Shown here: positions 60,040-64,000 of the stretch, in pieces
How positions within the stretch are numbered: the first letter of the stretch is position 1
How the letters are laid out: each line of letters opens with the position of its first letter
DNA from: an uncultured Chloroflexia bacterium
Lineage (GTDB): Bacteria > Chloroflexota > Limnocylindria > Limnocylindrales > CSP1-4
Reading direction: 5' to 3'
DNA length: 64,000 nucleotides
Assembly: GCA_963712745.1 (NCBI GenBank)
Contig: CAVQJC010000001.1
Location: 46,271-110,270 of the forward strand
The notes under the pieces: generated by a model
The model's database searches: none
The model's input: the letters and a program-made list of their open reading frames with translations, nothing else
Told to the model about the DNA's origin: nothing
Translations under genes and position numbers: made by a program

Positions 60040-62718
60040 TCAGGCGTCGACAGAGGCGTCGGGGTCTCCATCCGTTGCCACTGGGGGCGCGGCCACGGGC
60101 ACGACCGTGACCGTGCTCATGGCCTGACCCACGCTGCCATCGTCATCGGTCACGGTGAGCATCAACACGTACGTGCCCGCGGCGCGGTACGTGTGGCTGT
60201 CGACCACCGTCCCATCCTCGTGCACGACCGCCGGGCTGCTGTGGCCGTCGCCCCAGGCGACCTGGGCCTCGTGGGTATCGCGAGGACCTGGGTCGGTGAC
60301 GGGGACCGGGCCGAGGGCGAGACGCTCGCCGACGGGGAGCTCGTACGGCCCGAACGGGCCGAGCGAGGGCGCGACGTTGGTGACCTTGACCGTCGTCTTG
60401 TCGGTGGCCGTGGCGCCGTCCTCGTCGGTGACCGTGAGCTCGATGCTGATGCGGCCGTCGTCGGCGCCGGTGAACCACGGACGCTTCCGGCTGGCGTCGT
60501 CGAGCCGGCCCGGCTTCGACCACTCATGGGCCACGATGCCGCCGTCGGGGTCGTGTGAGCCGCGGCCGTCGAGCCGGACCTTGCTCCCCTCCTCGACCTC
60601 GTACGGCCCGCCAGCGTCGGCGACCGGCGGCTGGTTAGGCTCGAGCGCGAGGGTCGGTTGCTCGACCTTCGGCTCGGGTGTCGGTTGCTCGGCCTCGAGC
60701 CCTGACGTGGGCGCGGGCTCCGCGCTCGGCTGCTCGCCGTCCGGCTCGGGCGCGGGCGTCGGTTGCTCGAGCTCGACCTCGGAGGTCGGTGCAGGCTCGG
60801 GCGACTCGGTGACCGCGAGCGGATCGGGTGCGACCGGCGGCTCGGCAGCGGGGTCGGCGTCCGGCGGCGGGGTCGGCGCCGGTGCCAGTGACGGCAGGGC
60901 CTGCGCCGTCAGCGTCCTGACCGTCCGACCCGTGGTCCTCGCCGGCGGCGCCGAGCGTGGCACGGTCGCCACCGACGCGACATCCACTGCGTGGAGCTGG
61001 CCGACCGCATAGTCGAGGCGGACACGCTTGAGGTCGAAGACCGACTTGCCGGTGCCGCCCAGCCCCTTCCAGACCATGACCGCAGCGCGGACCTTGCCGT
61101 TCCTCTGGCGACCTTGACCGGAGGTACCGGTCTTCCACCACTGCTGCTTGGGGCCGACCTTCTTCGCGACATCGTAGTTGCCGAGGTCCTTCTTGCCCCC
61201 GAGCGCCGGGTTCCAGATGGCCACGACGGCCTTGTGCCTGTTCACCGACCGGCCATAGACCTTGAACTTCATCCCGCCATAGATCGGCTTCTGGACGACC
61301 GGGAACGCGTAGATGACCGCGGCGAAGCCCTTGTTCGAGATCAGCCGGACGCCTCGTGGATACGAGGAACCGGCGAAGCTGATGCGCGCGTTCCTCGACC
61401 GGCCCCACAGCGAGATCCGGTTGGCATCCAGGGTCACGCTCTTCTGCTTCCAGGTCACGTAGTCATGGGAGAGCTTGATGGTCTTCTTGACGACCTTCCG
61501 GTTGCCGACGGCATCGCTCAGCGTGACCGCGACGTCGTAGTCGCCGGACGGCACCAGGCCCCCGCCGTGGGATCGTCCATCCCATTCAGTCCGGTAGTCG
61601 CTCGCAGCGGCAGGAAGCGTGGTCTCCTCGACGAGATCCCCGCTCGGCATCGCGCGGACGGCGACATGGACTTCGACGGCCTCTGCACGCGTGCCCTCGA
61701 TCAGGAGCGTGTCCCGGTAGCGGTCCACGACGGGGTAGAACTTGGACGGCGTGATGGCGGCCGTCGCGTCAGCCTCACCCAAGCCCTCGACCTCCAACCG
61801 GACGTTGCGCTCACCGCGGACGGTGTCGTCGGGGACCACGAGGGCTGCCTCGATGTTGCCGTTCGTCTCTGGGCGAGCAGACAAGCTCAGGATGCAGCCG
61901 TGCCCCGGCGGGAGTGACGCGCCACTACACGTGTCCGCCTCGACCGCGAATGAACCGGCGTCAGGGCCCGTGATGGTCGCCGTCCCAAGTTGGATCGGCT
62001 CTGTCCCTTCGGATGTGATGGTCACATCCTGGCGGGCGGTCTCACTGCCCGTATCGGTCTGGCCAAGGTCGAGAACCGGAGGGCTTGTGACAGCGGCCTT
62101 GAAGCCGCTCGACGCGTTGTAGCGGACCTCGCCCCACAGAGGACCCCAGACCTCCTGCGTACCCGCGCAGATCTGTCTGAAGCTGGCGGAGAACGAATCC
62201 AAGTCACTGCCGGACCACGAGATCTCGTGAATCGTGAACCGACCGATCGGCGCCAGACAGTAGCCGCCAGAGTAGAGGCCAACGTTGATGCCTGGTTGGT
62301 CGCCGCTCCGATCAGCGGGATAGACAGCCCCCGTATACGTCCCGACCGCGAGCTTCTCGCCTATCGGGGCGGCGAAACCAGCCGACCAGGTCTTATCGGG
62401 ATCGTCAAGACGCCGGACCCCGCTGTAGACCGCCTCCATCCACCCGTCGCAGAACGGCGGGGGCGATACTCCCGCCGGTGGGGCGCACGGGCGGCGCCCG
62501 TACTCCTCACCGCGTGCCCAGTTCAGCTCGTCGCCCTGGAGGACGAGTGCTTGGCCGGCCGTGTAGCCGGCCACGTGCCCATCGGTGATGTTGTCGAGAT
62601 ACAGGGCGGTCACGTCGCCGGCAGCCCGGACTCCACTGTGGTGCGGCATGCCCACGTAGGCCCCTCCGACCGTGCTGGCGACGAAGACCAAGCCGATCAG
62701 GCTCGCAGCCGAACCCAT
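60040..62718 (-). CDS. Large secreted/surface protein: signal peptide, Ig-like/FlgD-like and choice-of-anchor-like regions, Pro/Glu-rich linker, two C-terminal PKD domains
   Basis: Start at ATG 62718 (MGSAASLIGLVFVASTVGGA). The linker has repeats of the EQPTPEP type. The PKD signature is PPVADAGGPYEVEEGSKVRLDGRGSHDPDG...TVTDEDGATATD, with a second copy ...TVTDDDGSVGQ. Confidence 0.8.
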   Translation of the reverse strand: MGSAASLIGLVFVASTVGGAYVGMPHHSGVRAAGDVTALYLDNITDGHVAGYTAGQALVLQGDELNWARGEEYGRRPCAPPAGVSPPPFCDGWMEAVYSGVRRLDDPDKTWSAGFAAPIGEKLAVGTYTGAVYPADRSGDQPGINVGLYSGGYCLAPIGRFTIHEISWSGSDLDSFSASFRQICAGTQEVWGPLWGEVRYNASSGFKAAVTSPPVLDLGQTDTGSETARQDVTITSEGTEPIQLGTATITGPDAGSFAVEADTCSGASLPPGHGCILSLSARPETNGNIEAALVVPDDTVRGERNVRLEVEGLGEADATAAITPSKFYPVVDRYRDTLLIEGTRAEAVEVHVAVRAMPSGDLVEETTLPAAASDYRTEWDGRSHGGGLVPSGDYDVAVTLSDAVGNRKVVKKTIKLSHDYVTWKQKSVTLDANRISLWGRSRNARISFAGSSYPRGVRLISNKGFAAVIYAFPVVQKPIYGGMKFKVYGRSVNRHKAVVAIWNPALGGKKDLGNYDVAKKVGPKQQWWKTGTSGQGRQRNGKVRAAVMVWKGLGGTGKSVFDLKRVRLDYAVGQLHAVDVASVATVPRSAPPARTTGRTVRTLTAQALPSLAPAPTPPPDADPAAEPPVAPDPLAVTESPEPAPTSEVELEQPTPAPEPDGEQPSAEPAPTSGLEAEQPTPEPKVEQPTLALEPNQPPVADAGGPYEVEEGSKVRLDGRGSHDPDGGIVAHEWSKPGRLDDASRKRPWFTGADDGRISIELTVTDEDGATATDKTTVKVTNVAPSLGPFGPYELPVGERLALGPVPVTDPGPRDTHEAQVAWGDGHSSPAVVHEDGTVVDSHTYRAAGTYVLMLTVTDDDGSVGQAMSTVTVVPVAAPPVATDGDPDASVDA

Positions 62719-62902
62719 GGTGCGTCCCGGACCCAATGCACTACCCCCAGCCAGTCTCGTGACTCGATCTGCATTCTTGGGCGACGCTACTTGCGGGGCC
62801 AAGGGTCGATCGGCCTGATTGGGGGGACGCAGACGCGAGTCCGATATCGGGGATGTGCCGCAAGACGGATCTTGAACTGCGGCCACGACACTGGTGTCTG
62901 CA

Positions 62903-63991
62903 CCCACACGATGGAATGCCATGAAAAGGGCCCCGCTGGTGAGAAAGTGGGTTCTCGAAGGAACCAACACCAGGAGGCCCAGGAGAGATGTCATACGCCG
63001 GCTTGGACCTATCGCGACAGCGGCTCGATGTGCACGTCCTCGATGAGGAGGGTCGGACCGTCGAGGTGACGGCCGTCCGCCCCGATGCGGACGCCTTGGG
63101 CACGCTCGCTACCCAGATCTTCCGCCACGGCGGGGAGGTGACCGCGACCATCGAGTCGATGACCGGAGCGCGCTTCGTCCACGACCAGCTCGAGCTGCGT
63201 GGCTGGGACGTCGCCATCGGCGACGCGGTGAAGGTGAAGGGCCTGGCGCCGCTGGCGGCCAAGACCGACAAGATCGACGCCCGGGTCCTCGCCGAGCTGG
63301 CGCGGCGCGACCTCGTCCCCGAGATCTGGCTACCCACGCCGGGGGTGCGCGCGGAGCGCGCGCGCGCTCGCTTCCGTCTCCACCTCGTCCGCCACCGCAC
63401 CGCCCTGAAGAACCGCATCCACTCGACGCTCATGAGCTTCGGCCACCCCGTGCCTGTCGCGGACCTCTTCGGGGTGGCCGGCCGCGAGCTGCTCGCGAGC
63501 ATGGACGTGCCCGAACCCTGGAACTCGACACACGGGCCTCTGCCCACTCGTCAGCCAGTCAGGTGGCAGGGATCGCCGCGGGCCGCTCGCGAAGAACGGC
63601 CCCGAGTACCTGCGCTGGGCGCTCATCGAGGCCGCCGTCCACGCGGCCCGACACCCCTACTACAAGGAGCGCTACGAGCGGACGAAGCGCCGGCTCGGTC
63701 GCCAGCGTGGCGCCAAGGTCGCTCGCGTCGACCTGGCCAGGCAGTTGGCCGCCGCGATCTGGCATGTGTTGATGAAGAACAAGCCCTTCGCTCCGGCAGG
63801 CCCCGCGATCTCGCTGGTCGCTTGACGACCCACTTATGGAATCGGGCCGCCGGCAGCCTCCTACCCGACCTTGTCCTTCCATCAGAGAAGGCCATAGAGG
63901 TGGAGGTGTACTCGGACCGACCAACGACCCCGAGGCCCATGACCTGACGGCTTGACAGCGGGGCCCCTTTCATAGAGCGAGATGGTGTGGG
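62903..63991 (+). mobile_element. IS110-family (IS1111-like) insertion sequence with ~36-nt subterminal inverted repeats and an internally deleted transposase
   Basis: Left repeat 62903-62938 (CCCACACGATGGAATGCCATGAAAAGGGCCCCGCTG) matches right repeat 63956-63991 (CAGCGGGGCCCCTTTCATAGAGCGAGATGGTGTGGG) at 27 of 36 positions when reverse-complemented. Confidence 0.7.
62988..63825 (+). pseudogene. IS110-family DEDD transposase, with an internal deletion that also changes frame
   Basis: The N-terminal domain is intact (AGLDLSRQRLDVHVLDEEG...AKTDKIDARVLAELARRDL...RHRTALKNRIHS...LDVPEPW). The sequence then skips to the C-terminal TGLCPLVSQSGGRDRRGPLAKNGPEYLRWALIEAAVHAAR...LARQLAAAIWHVLMKNKPF in another frame. 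The PGIG/EIGD segment is missing. Confidence 0.8.
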
Positions 63992-64000
63992 TATCTTCGA

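Overview
Very GC-rich bacterial chromosomal segment. Codon usage looks Actinomycetota-like, but ftsA is present, so I do not name a taxon. Gene calls rest on motif recognition in the supplied ORF translations, GC3 by eye, RBS and start-codon context, and start/stop coupling. No database search was run. (1) 0-3.2 kb: Kelch-like and secreted paralogs, tRNA-Val, a lipoprotein. (2) 3.2-21.5 kb, minus strand: a complete division/cell-wall cluster mraZ-rsmH-ftsL-ftsI-murF-mraY-murD-ftsW-murG-murB-ddl-ftsQ-ftsA-ftsZ, followed by yggS-yggT-yggU. It has a readable Pmra promoter and a phased MraZ-box array. The ftsA-ftsZ spacer is unusually long and repeat-rich. (3) 21.6-34.9 kb: secreted proteins, RNase P RNA, an RNase H-like gene joined to a three-gene sdh operon, sucCD, an RTX-like protein, and a TetR/MFS pair. 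(4) 34.9-40.7 kb: a methylmalonyl-pathway operon (pccB, accC, BCCP, mutase large subunit, epimerase). (5) 40.9-45 kb: parAB, small hypotheticals, msrA. (6) 45-64 kb is increasingly accessory and decayed. It holds an ECF sigma stub, a ROK / YhfX-like / sugar-binding-protein locus broken by at least 7 frameshifts plus a truncation, gluQ, a DUF6325-like small-protein cluster, an orphan tadE-tadE-tadG-like triad behind a 650-nt structured non-coding region, an IS481-type remnant, a large PKD-domain surface protein, and an internally deleted IS110/IS1111-type element with subterminal inverted repeats. A recurring theme is frame disruption: about 13 in the window. Two sit in normally indispensable genes, at the mraY C-terminus (creating an apparent MraY-MurD fusion ORF) and the pccB C-terminus. 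I found no clearly novel multi-gene system. The most interesting unexplained items are the ftsA-ftsZ spacer repeat/hairpin array, the structured region upstream of the tad-like triad, and the question of which frameshifts are real.
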